64,000 nucleotides of DNA from Octopus sinensis (Eukaryota). Under the pieces are notes generated by a model. It had not been told where the DNA came from. It did not search any database and saw only the letters and a list, made by a program, of their open reading frames with translations. The first letter of the stretch is position 1; each line of letters starts with the position of its first letter. A program made the translations under genes and the position numbers. The stretch spans positions 23,312,001 through 23,376,000 of the forward strand of contig NC_043005.1 in the NCBI RefSeq assembly GCF_006345805.1, in the 5' to 3' direction. Shown one piece after another: positions 12,441 to 23,720 of the stretch.

Positions 12441-12823
12441 TATATTATCAGAAATGTATAGTATTAAATGTCCAACACAGCTGGTCTTACCACTTGGTTT
12501 CGCGTAAATAATACAATGGAGTGTTAGGTAAGTACCAATTATATAACTTTATGCTTGTCAGAGTTAGCTGATATGGAAGGGAATATGGTGACTGTTCTCT
12601 ATTGTTGGAGAAGGATTAGCACAACCAGTTAGCCACTGACCGGTTGTTTTAATTGACCCCTGGCAATAGAGAACAGTCACCATATTCCCTTCCATATCAG
12701 CTACCTCTGATGAGCATAAAGTTATATAATTGGTTTGTTACCCAACACTTCATTGTATTCTTTACTCAAAACCAATTGGTAGGACCAGTCATAATGGATA
12801 TTTAATTCTATACATTTCTGATA

Positions 12824-12828
<5 letters not shown>
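12441..12828. mobile_element. Inverted-repeat element with ~165-bp arms, each carrying a decayed hammerhead motif
   Basis: Arms 12441-12604 and 12664-12828 are reverse complements. Right arm reads ctgatga-gcataaag...ctttactc-aaaaccaattggta; left arm (minus) reads ctgacaa-gcataaag...tttacgc-gaaaccaagtggta. Confidence 0.75.
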
Positions 12829-12854
<26 letters not shown>

Positions 12855-12919
12855 TATATATATATATGTAAAACTTACTTGGAAGAGGATGCATGGCATT
12901 CAATCATATAATAATATAA

Positions 12920-12951
<32 letters not shown>

Positions 12952-12957
<6 letters not shown>

Positions 12958-13198
12958 CACGTAAAAAGCACCATCCGTCCGTGGTCGTTTGCCAGCCCCG
13001 TCTGGCACCTGTGCGGGTGGCACATAAAAAGCACCCACTACACTCACGGAGTGGTTGGTGTTAGGAAGGGCATCCAGCCGTAGAAACACTGCCAGATCAG
13101 ACTGGTCCTGATGCAGCCTTCTGGCTTCCCAGACCCCAGTTGAACCGTCCAACCCATGCTAGCATGGAAAACGGACGCTAAATGATGATGATGATGAT
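12952..13198 (+). mobile_element. Short retroposon or RTE-type 3' tail ending in (GAT)n
   Basis: gttaggaagggcatccagccgtagaaac...aacccatgctagcatggaaaacggacgctaaatgatgatgat. The same tail recurs at about 18400, 19900, 20520(-), 32960(-), 36670(-), 45080, 49970(-), 53850 and 61440(-). Confidence 0.8.
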
Positions 13199-13273
13199 AT
13201 ATACATATGTAAATGTCGATACTTACATCTATACATGCATATATATATATATGTATATATATGTATATATATG

Positions 13274-13322
<49 letters not shown>

Positions 13323-13329
13323 TATGTGT

Positions 13330-14006
13330 GCACAGGAGGTCATGAAACATGTACAACAAAAAAGTACGAAGCACGAATACATGGAACATGAACTATTCTT
13401 TCAAACAATGAAAGACATAAATAGAAAACAAAACAAGTAACATAAAGAACGACCCTTCATCATTTGTTGGCTGTCTTTCTAGTCTCGTATTTTGAGCATT
13501 TAACAATAATATACGCTTTTGATAAAGCAGTTGCTCCCGCAAAGTAAATTAAATAAAATTTGGGATTGCGGAGGTAACACAAACAGGATAGTGAAAACAA
13601 ATAGGAAGGGCTGCTAAGCCTAAATGAGCTTGTGGTGGCAAACGCGTAAATCAAGCTAAGACTAGAGACAAACAACAACACGTCTTCCTTGTTCCAGCTA
13701 CAACGGAAGGAAAGAAAGAAAGATGGCCAATGGTCATGTGAGCAAGGGAGGAGGAGTAAGGGAGAGAGAGTGACAGAGTAATAGGATAGAATAGTGGGAG
13801 AAGAGGAGGTAAAAGAATAAGAGAGAGAAAAGAGAAAAACAAAAGAGTAAAAAGATCGTATAGAGTGCGCATCAGAATTATTAAGATAAAACTTACTTGG
13901 AAGAGGATGTGTGGCATTCAATCATATAATAATATTGATAAAATATATAATATATATATGCATATATACATACGTCTATGTGCATACTTACATCTATGTA
14001 TATATT

Positions 14007-14037
<31 letters not shown>

Positions 14038-14175
14038 ATGTGGGCACAGGACGTCATGAAATGTGTACAACAAAAAAGTATGAAGCACGAGTACATGGAA
14101 CATAAACTATTCTTTTGAACAACAAAAGACACAAATAGAAAACAAAACAAACAACATAAAGAACGACCCCTCATT
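13330..14175. repeat. Unclassified dispersed repeat family, possibly Penelope-related
   Basis: cacagga.gtcatgaaa...gaacgacccc occurs at 13330 and 14045. aaaacttacttggaagaggatg occurs at 12870 and 13890, with a related copy at 39345. aaattaaataaaatttgggatt occurs at 13545 and 38965. Confidence 0.55.
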
Positions 14176-14182
14176 AATTGTT

Positions 14183-14216
<34 letters not shown>

Positions 14217-14410
14217 CTGGCTTCTTTCAGTTCCGCCTATCAGTTCTACTTACAAGGCTTTGGTTGGCGAGAAGAAATTATAGAAAAAGACACTTGCCCA
14301 AGGTGCCATGCATATATATATATATATATATAATAATATTAGGGAATAAATCCAAATTTACAGGGAAAAATCAGATTTAGGATTGAATTCAATTTTATAG
14401 TAAAATATAA

Positions 14411-14605
14411 TATAATATTAATTAAAGACAAAACACTATTATGCAAATCAAACAAAGAAAGACTTAATCCAATACATAAAAAATTTTATATAATTTAAAT
14501 ATAATTAAGATATCCACTTAATTATATTTAATTTATATAAAATTTTTTATGTATTGGATTAAGTCTTTCTTTGTTTGATTTGCATAATAGTGGTTTTGTC
14601 TCTAA

Positions 14606-14616
<11 letters not shown>
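14411..14616. repeat. Near-perfect AT-rich palindrome with ~100-bp arms and a 7-nt loop
   Basis: 14411-14509 pairs with 14517-14616 around the loop atatcca. Confidence 0.9.
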
Positions 14617-14653
<37 letters not shown>

Positions 14654-14656
<3 letters not shown>

Positions 14657-14935
14657 CCAGTGGTTAGGGCAGCGGACTCGCGGTCGCAGTATCACGGTTT
14701 CGATTCCCAGACCAGGCGTTGTGAGTCTTTATTGAGCGAAAACACCTAAAAGCTCCACGATGCTCTGGCAGGGGGTGGTGATCCCTGCTGTACTCTTTCA
14801 CCACTCTTTCTTCTGTTGGCCTGCTCGCTTAGCCAGCGGGGTGGCGTCATTCGAAGGCTAAAACAATGTGAACGCATTGTGACCAGCGATGTGTAACAAC
14901 ATCTGATGGTCTGGTCGGTCACGTGATCACGTGAT
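14654..14935 (+). mobile_element. Full-length tRNA-derived SINE
   Basis: A-box tggcccagtgg, B-box ggtttcgattcc, body, and tail ggtcacgtgatcacgtgat; inserted after (TA)n. Confidence 0.8.
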
Positions 14936-14942
14936 ATATATA

Positions 14943-15110
14943 CTAGCAGAGATACCTGGCGATGCCCGTGTTACATTCAATTGAAGAATTAGACTTTTCT
15001 GTTATATTTTCTTTGAACTGGAATATCTATGTTTCGAATTTCATCAAAATTGCAGATGAGGGTTATTTTCCTCTTTACACACTCTAAAAAAATTGTAATC
15101 ATGCCACATG
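14943..15110 (-). mobile_element. Helitron 3' terminus
   Basis: Minus strand ...cacgggcatcgccaggtatctctgCTAG|T: GC-rich subterminal hairpin-like segment, CTAG end, then T. Confidence 0.5.
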
Positions 15111-16241
15111 TATTCCATACTACTGATTTTTATGCGCATATTCCAAAATTCCAGTCTTATTAAATCTGTTAAAAAGATTTTCCTCCTGAAAGCTCCTGGA
15201 GCTCTAAAATGTGAAAGTTAAGGCCTCTGTTGGGGGTGGGCATCTTAATGTCAACCAGAGAAGTTGAATTGTTGAGAATCTTTTTAACTTGAGTCTTATA
15301 TCTATTGTTTGAATTTCTTTGAAATAGGAAATATATGGGTTTGTAAAAGAGAGCAAAGCTTCAGGAAACCAAAAGATGAATGATCACAATAAGCAGTCAG
15401 CTACCCTACCCTAGTCGTTACCACTCCCAGTGTAGGATTCCTCACCATCCAGGTGACAGGCACAACAGTAAGATGCATTACAAATCTATAGTAATTGGAA
15501 GGGCGTGACCCAACTGAAATAAACATTAACAACTGTGTAACGTGAGGGCTAAGGAGAAATGAAAGTGTCATCTCTGGAGTTTGCAAATGACCACTATACT
15601 GATACGTAACTGGACAGAATAAATTTACAATCTATAAATGTCTTTGAATAACCAGTCACTCATCTGGAAAGGCCTTGAAATCAATGTTACCATCTGGGGA
15701 CTATGTGTGACCCAGTGATAATAAAAAGACTGAAAGGAGGTTTGCAATCAAATAACTTTACTCAACACTTTGCAATTGAATCAGTGGAGGCAAAGATACC
15801 TCTCATTTACTGAACAATTTATGCACCACATTGCAGAAATCACAATGTAAGTGTATCTCAAAGCAAACTGTTACACTGTTGTACCATTGAATTACAAATA
15901 ATGCTCATCTTTTATGCTTGAGTAACCATACAGCTTCCAAGAGCAAAACTGTATTCGTTTTTGCTTAGATAAAATGACAACATTGTGGGTGTTGAGTCCC
16001 CATGGAGGGGTCTTTCTAACTTGTAAGATGATGAAATTTTATAAATATTATTTCATTTGTGTCTAATATCTATGGTAAAAATTTCATCAACAGCAAAAAT
16101 ATATGAATTGTCATTGGGGTTATGGCCCTTATGCATAGAATATAATTTCCAAATTTCATAAAGATTTATTCAGTACTTTTGACCTAGTTTTGGATCATAA
16201 AAGAAAAGGCTAAAATTTGGGAGTTAAGGCCTCCATTAGGG

Positions 16242-16286
<45 letters not shown>

Positions 16287-16329
16287 TAGATAGATAGATA
16301 GATATAGATATACACACACATACACATTC

Positions 16330-16593
16330 AAGGATAAATTCATAGATACAACTGAGTGGGCAAACAAAAATATGAGACACAGTCTAGTGCTTTTTTTTAT
16401 GTTGATAAGCCTGGTACTTATTCTATTAGTTTGTTGTTGTGAAACCAGTAAGTTATGGGGATGTAAATAACTGAACACCAGTTGTGAAGCAGTGATGAGG
16501 TCGAAACATAGAGACAAAGACACACACATACACTTACATATATACATACGTATATATACGATTGGTTTGTTTCAGTTCGTGTCTACGAAATCC

Positions 16594-16640
<47 letters not shown>

Positions 16641-17055
16641 CATACACGCACACACACACACACACACACAAAGAGAAATTTATAGATACAACTGAGTGGG
16701 CAAACAAAAATATGAGACACTGCCTAGTGCTTTTTTTTTATTTTGATAAACCTGGTACTTATTCTATCAGTTTCTTCTTGTGACACCAGTAAGTTATGGG
16801 GATGTAAATAAACGAACACCTGTTGTGAAGCAGTGATGAGGCTGAAACACAAACACACACACACAGACTTACATATATGCATACATATATATACAACTGA
16901 TTTCTTTCAGTTTCTGTCTACAAAATCCACTGACAAGGATTTGGTTGGTCTGAGGCTATAGCTGAAGACACATGCCAAGATACCACACAGTGGAACTGAA
17001 CTGAGGACCATGTGTTTTGGAACCAACTTTGTTACCACACAGCCACACCTGCACC
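16330..17055 (-). mobile_element. CORE-type SINE with a local ~340-bp tandem duplication
   Basis: aaatt.atagatacaactgagtgggcaaacaaaaatatgagacac occurs at about 16336 and 16676, followed by parallel SINE body sequence. Confidence 0.75.
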
Positions 17056-17327
17056 TATGTATGTGTGTGTGTGTGTGTGTATATGTATGGATGTATATAT
17101 GTATGCATGTATATATGTGTATATATATGTGTACATATTACATGTACATCTATATATATATATATACATCTACACATACATGTATACATATACATATACA
17201 TGTATATCTATAGAAATACATCTATACATATACAGCTATACATGAACATATATATGTATATCTATATATATGTATATATATATACGTATATCTATATATA
17301 TGTATACATGTATTATATGTGTGCGTA

Positions 17328-17500
17328 TCTATATATATAAAACTGAGAATGCGTGTCTGTCTGTCTATCTATCTGTCTGTCTCTGTGAATCTCTAAAACT
17401 TGAGAACTACACAACCAATTTCATTCAAATTTTACACATGCCTTACTTAGGATCCATGTAGCAGAAAAATAAATTTTAACTTCTTGCCTAGGGCGAGCCC
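17328..17500 (+). mobile_element. Possible non-autonomous Helitron 5' end
   Basis: A|TCtatatatataaaactgagaatg followed by a (TGTC)n microsatellite, the same style of start as 39384. No 3' end found. Confidence 0.35.
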
Positions 17501-17874
17501 ACAGCAATATCATAGCTTCTCCACTATTTCAGTATTATGTGTTAAAAGTGAAACAAAAACATCTCTCTATTGTAATGTCAGATGCTTTCACTTTAATAAT
17601 GAAACTATTAAAGTCAAACTATTATATAAGAGGGATGAACCATTAACAGTGGACATCCATTTTGCTAGAAGAAGATCTGCTATGGTCTTATATGCTACAC
17701 CACTGGTTTTCAATACATATTAATCAAATTAATATTCAATTTTTCACCCTTATTATTTTAAATTTAAATTTACATGTATATATATATATGTAGATGTATA
17801 CATATACATGTATATTTATATATACATCCATATCTATACATATACATATATATATATTCATGTTTATGTATACA

Positions 17875-17914
<40 letters not shown>

Positions 17915-18057
17915 AATTTAAATTTAAAATGATATGGGTGAAAAATTGAATATTAATGTTGAGCCTCACGGAGGTAATGACAAGTGACCGAGACCTCTGG
18001 CAATCTGCTGTGTGTGAGAGATAGTCAGGCCAAATGAAATCATAGTGTGGCCATACT

Positions 18058-18360
18058 GGTGTAATGTAAATGGCACCCATGAAATTGTAATTGTGGCCAT
18101 TACTGGTGCCATATAAATAGCACCTGTGAAATCAGTCAGGCTGTTGCCGTGCCTTGTAAATGGTACCTGTGAATTATAGTCATAGTCATTGACAGTGCCA
18201 TGTAAATAGCACCTGTAAATTGTAGTTCTGGTTGTTGATGGTGCCATGCATTTCCACATGTAATGGGCACTGGTGAATTGTTGTGGTTGTTGTCAGTGCC
18301 ATGTAAATGGCACTCATGAATCATAGTTCTGGTCACTGCCGGTGTCATATAAATGGCACC
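18058..18360 (+). repeat. Minisatellite of seven ~46-bp units, each with a GTGCCAT-N4-ATGGCAC hairpin
   Basis: Hairpin units start at 18058, 18105, 18148, 18194, 18240, 18295 and 18341; runs directly into the RTE-type (GAT)n tail at 18360-18555. Confidence 0.85.
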
Positions 18361-18849
18361 CATGCCAGCAGCATGTAAAAGGACCCATTGCACTCTTGGA
18401 GTGGCTGGCATTAGGAAGGGCATCCAGCCATAGATACCATGCCAAATCAGACTGGAACCTTGTGCAGCTTTCCAGCTTATCAGCTCCAGTCAAACTGTAT
18501 AATCCATGCCAGCATGGAGAGAGAGTGTGCATTAAATGATATTGAAATGATGATGAATATATAAATATATATATCATGATAGATCGTTAGCCACTACACA
18601 CATTTTTTTCTCTCCTTGTTTTTTCTGTGTCCCTTTCTGTAGAAGAGCATAGGCTCGAAATGTAAAAGACTTTTTCTATTCCTGAGTGTTATACTAATAC
18701 ATCTGTTTGTTTTGTGCACCACCTGTCTTCGTCTTTTGTTTTTTTTGTAAACTCTCCTATATATATATATATATATATATTGTCTTTGTGTGTGGAAGAT
18801 GTGCTGGTACAATGAACACTAAGAATGTACAAGGAATAGACTTCCTTAA

Positions 18850-20000
18850 ATGTCCGGTGGGGGCTCTTTGAAAGTAGTAGATAGCTTCTGTTATCTAGGT
18901 GACCAAGTTACTAGTAGAGGAGGAAGTTCTGGAAGCGTAATTGTTAGAATAAGAACAAGCTGGGAAAAGTTCAGTGAGTTATTACCTTTGTTGTTAAAAA
19001 AGGGCCTCTTACTAAGAGTGAAAGGTAGATTGTATGGTGTCTGTGTGCAAACAGCTATATTAGGTGGCAGTGAAACATGGTCTGTGACAACTAGGACATG
19101 CAAAGGTATGAAAGAAATGAAGCTAGCATGCTCTCTGAATGGGTATTGTCACTGCGCATGTGTGACAGAGTGTAAATGATTTTAGAGAAAAATTGGGTAT
19201 AAGAGGTATCAGTTGCAGTGTTGTAAGAGGGAAGATTGTACTGGTTTGGTCATATGATTCATATGGTCGAGGACAGCTGCATAAAAAAGTGCTGATCTCT
19301 AATTGTGGAAGGAACCAGTGGAAGGGATAGATCTAATAAGATGCAGGATGAAGTAGTGAGAAAGGATCTTCAGATGTTGGGCCTCATAGAGGAGATGACA
19401 AAGGACTGAAATATTTGGTGGTTTGCTGTGTTTGAGAAGACATGTCAAGCTTAGTAAAATTGTGTCCATCCTTACATGCAGGTATGTCTGCAGTGTCCCT
19501 CCTCTCTCAACAGAGAGGACCCTTCCCTTGAAGGCTTACAGGTGCCGGTGCCATGTAAAAAGCACTTGTGTTGGTGCCACATAAAAGCGTCCATGCTGGT
19601 GCAAAGTAAAAGCACCCGTGCTGGTGTCACATACAAGTTCCCATGGCAGTTCCACATAAAGAACTTGTGCCCATGCCCCACAACTGCATCTGTACTCGTG
19701 CCACATTAAAGTATCCATGCGTCTGCTATGTATAAGTGCCTGTGCTAATGTCATGTAAAAATGCCTGTATTGATGTCACATAAAAGTGACTGTGCCACAG
19801 CCAAGTAAACATGCCCATGCTGGTGTCATACAAAATCACTGGTGCTGGTGCCATGTGAAACGCACATAGTACATTCTGTAAAGTAGTTGACATTAAAAAG
19901 TGCATCAAACCATAGAAAACATGCCAAAATAGAGCAACTCCCCAGCTGGCCAATTCCTGTCAAACTATCCAACCCATGGCAACACAGAAAGTGGATGTCA
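18850..20000 (+). mobile_element. 5'-truncated RTE-clade LINE with 3'UTR minisatellite
   Basis: VVDSFCYLGDQ...RIRTSWEKFSELLPLL...RVKGRLYGVCVQTAILGGSETWS (ORF 18850-19179). A ~25-bp gtgccatgtaaaagcac tandem array lies at 19545-19865, followed by the family tail. Confidence 0.85.
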
Positions 20001-20470
20001 AGTGGCCGTGTGGTAAGAAGCTTGCCTCCTAATCACATGGTTCTGGGTTCAGTTGCACTGTGTGGCACCTTCGGTCCTCTCGACTGAGAGAGGAGGAACA
20101 CAGCAGACATACCTGCATGTATGGATGGACACAATTTTACTTAGCTTGACATGTCTTCTCTAGCACAGCAATCCACTACTATAGCCTCAAGCTGACCAAA
20201 GCCTTGTGAGTGGATTTGGTAGATGGAAACTGAAAGAAGCCTGTCATATATATATATATATATTTGTGTTTGTGTCTGTACTCGTCCCTCCACTATTGCT
20301 TGACAACTGATGTTGGTGTATTTACATCCCTGTAACTTAACAGTTCAGCAAAAGACACCGATAGAATAAGTACAGGGCTTACAAAGAATAAGTCCAGGGG
20401 TTAATTTCTTCAACTAAAAGCAGTGCTCCAGCATGGTCACAGTCAAAATGACCGAAACAAGTAAAAGAAT
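20000..20470 (+). mobile_element. CORE-type SINE interrupted by an inverted 99-bp RTE fragment
   Basis: Head gtggccgtgtggtaagaagcttgc, insert at 20073-20171, tail ccagcatggtcacagtcaaaatgaccgaaacaagtaaaag. Confidence 0.8.
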
Positions 20471-21084
20471 AAACGAATATATATATATATACTCACACAC
20501 ACATCATCATCATCATCATTTAACATCCATATCCCATACTGGCATGGGTTGAATAGTTTGACAGGATCTGATGGGCCTAAGGACTGTATTGTGTTCCAGT
20601 ATCGCACATGTTTGGTGGTTGGATGCCCTTCTTAATTCCAACCACTTTACAATGTGTACTGGGTGCTTTTTCATGCCACTGGCATGACTAAGGTTGCCAT
20701 GCAGCTTACAAGCCAACAAAACTCAAGGAGCGGGTAGGGAAGTTTGTCCTATGCTAGATGGGGGTTAAGGTATGAGAGATGAGGTTTGGGTAGAGCAGGT
20801 TCTTGTAGAGGAGTTACATGGGTGCACACATTTAGAGGAGAGAGTGAGAATGAATCATTAGTATATTGCCAAAGAAACAAACAGGTGGTACCTCAAAGTA
20901 CAAGGTCAGTAGACGTGAGTGGGAACAGGGAAAATAAGAGTGTGAGTGGGCGGGGGTTTGCAGAGTAAATGGGATGGGGACAAGAGATTGAAAAAGTGGG
21001 TTGAGAGGGGGTAGGCAACATCTCTAAAGATTGGATAGAGTTGAAGGGTGGACGGAAGGAAACACACACTCACACACAGGGGCT

Positions 21085-21292
21085 GCTGAGAAGCTCCTGG
21101 CTTAAAGGGTATTGTGAAAGGCTTGGTTGGAGGCCCAACCTTCCATGTTCTTTTACAGGGCTAAGAAAAACTGAAAGACTGCTGCAATAAGTTGGCGAAT
21201 CTGAGAGGGGAATATGTTCAATAAAATCACAATGAATTGATCCTCCTGTATTTTCTTTTACCCAAACGCAGGAACTTTTTGGCACCGTCTCG
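21085..21292 (+). mobile_element. Mariner-type transposon 3' end (transposase C-terminus and TIR)
   Basis: AWLEAQPSMFFYR...KLKDCCNKLANLRGEYVQ* across a frameshift matches the mariner C-terminal pattern. Ends ggaactttttggcaccgtctcg|TA. Confidence 0.7.
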
Positions 21293-21357
21293 TACGTACA
21301 GACATATTATTAGTCCATAAGTCCCATCATATATATCTATATCTATCTATCTATCTA

Positions 21358-21406
<49 letters not shown>

Positions 21407-22329
21407 GTATTTATGTATATATACATATATGCATATATGTGATGAGTGTGTATATGTGTTTATATTTATGTTGTGCTCTTTCATGTCCAGTAACCTTATA
21501 GTTCAACAAATGGAGAATAATAAAATAAGTACCAGACTTGAATGACCACTGGGGTTATCAAGTTCCTTAAAACTGGTGCCCCATCATGGCCACAATTCAC
21601 ATAACTAGTAAAATAATAAAAGTACATATATCTATAAAGTATGTGTAAAAATTCTCTAAAAATGCATTGATTTTGGTATTTCTTTATTCTTGCTTTTTGG
21701 CTGTTTTCCATTAAAACATATTTCTCTAACCCCAGGAGGAGATTATTTCAACATAGTTATTTCATTTGTGGGCAATCCATTCTCTCATGTGATGCTAAAA
21801 TAAAATAACAAATAAATAATAACTATATAACTAAATAATAATAATAATGAAACGAAAAATGTAACTATAATTAAATTATAAATTAATAAACATGTATATA
21901 TATTATTTCTTTATGAAATTAGTACAAAAAAATTAACATTTTGAAGTTAATTAACATTATCTAATATTAACTTTTGCTAAAAAGGCAAAGAGAAAAGATG
22001 AAAATTTTGATCCTTTTTTTGAAAATTTACTTACTCCCTAAAGTATAATTGTCATTTTTCAGTTCCTTTAATAGACAGCAAACATTAAAATTAATTTTTT
22101 TGGAGGAATTAATTATAATTTTATAGAAAATTATTCCTTTTTTCTCTTTTACTCTCTTGAAATAAACCAAGAAGTGAGAATTTTATTACCTTATAAAAGA
22201 AATTGTAATAATTTTTTTATCTAAAAACTGATCCCTAAATTATTTCATAAATAAATGTCGTGCTTGTTCCCTAAAAGCCTTTCCTTTCCATAGTTCCATT
22301 TACCGAAAATAAATACAAAAGTAAAATAG

Positions 22330-22547
22330 AACTGAGGAAAGAAAATGATTGAGGGAAAGAGAAAGAAAGAGTGAAGAAAGAATTCATAGAGAAAGAGAAA
22401 AGAAAAAGTGTTAGAGAGAATGGGAAAGAAAGAAAAAACAAGGGGAAAGATATGATAGAAAGAATGTGTTAGAGAGAGCGAGAGAGAGAAAGAAATGATA
22501 GAGAGAAAGTGAAAAAAGAAATGATAGAGAGAAAATGAAAAAGAAAT

Positions 22548-22579
<32 letters not shown>

Positions 22580-22625
22580 ATGAGAGAGAAATAAATAAAT
22601 GATAGAGAGGGGAAGTGAGAGAGCG
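22330..22625 (+). repeat. GA-rich polypurine low-complexity tract
   Basis: Direct inspection: gagagaaa and (GA)n runs. Confidence 0.85.
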
Positions 22626-23239
22626 AGAAAAATTAAATACATCGATGGAAAAACAACAAAAAGCTGTTATGAAATTATTTCATTTTCAGTTTAGAACAAA
22701 AGGTAGCGGCGTTTCACGGGTGTATATATATAAATATATACATATGTATATATATATATATGTATATGTAAATGTATATGTATGTATGTACATGGTGTCG
22801 GTCACTAGTATAAACTTATATTATAAAACAATCAACTAACACTTCCATTTAATAAGTTTATTGTGTGTAAAAATTCTACACTGAATTTAATATAAAACAT
22901 ATGTACACACATTTGTATATATGAATATATGTCTATGTAGTGTTGTTTTTCTTTCAATTCCATACTTTAATTATTCTTTCTTCAATAACATCGAACTCAC
23001 ACTCAACGTCTATTTATAGTTAATTATAAATTTACTACAAGATAAACTGAAGATCTCAATTTAAGGACCAAATTCGCATTTAAGTGCTTTCATGACGTAC
23101 ATTGATAATAATAATAATAATAAAAAAACAACATGAAGACAAATTTATTCATAGCCCATCCCATATCCTTTCTTTGGTTCGTTTTTCTTTTTATTCATCA
23201 TCAATTTCCTTACGAATGTTGTTATCCAAGAAAACCGAA

Positions 23240-23720
23240 TGTTTCTAGAAGAACGTAAAGCCCCTTAATAAAGGCAAGCACTTAGGCCAGGCTAAAGCTG
23301 TCGTATGTCACAACCATGAGGCGTTGAACACGATTGTGCTTTTTTACCCAGAATCCTCAGTATCAGTGGCTACCCACAACTGAAGCCGAAGCGGCCTTTA
23401 CATCTGTGGAGCTTCTCGCTTTGGTTAGCTCCTGCTTTTGTCGCCAGAGTACGTCCACGGTAAGTGCGCCGAACCTTCCTCTCTAGCATCGTGCGTCGTT
23501 CGTTTTATGTCTACGTTCAATCGTTTCAATGTGTCTTCTTCTTTGTAGAGAAAACTGTTAGTTGTTTATGTTATTTTCATTTTTTTGGCTCTCTCGTTCA
23601 CTCGAAGTGAGGGTCACCCTTCGTCCTCAGCATGACCATTGTGGAGTCTCCGCCGCCGCCGCCACTACTATCACCAACGCCGCCGCACACACGCACACAC
23701 GCCACATTCTCTTTCTTTGA
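23240..23720 (+). promoter_or_regulatory. CpG-rich promoter-like region with a probable non-coding first exon ending at 23459
   Basis: Local GC/CpG enrichment including (CCG)n; consensus donor CACG|GTAAGT at 23459/23460; only tiny uORFs upstream; no TE sequence recognised. Confidence 0.5.

Noticed and set aside
13440-13520. Hammerhead remnants in the 13.3 kb / 38.8-39.2 kb family (tgatgaaggg, ctgaagggg, gaaacgt)
   Set aside because: The core halves are incomplete and could not be joined by consistent stems I-III.
18058-18360. CRISPR array
   Set aside because: The spacers are homologous to each other, the repeats are degenerate, the array is fused to a retroposon tail, the context is eukaryotic and no cas genes are present.
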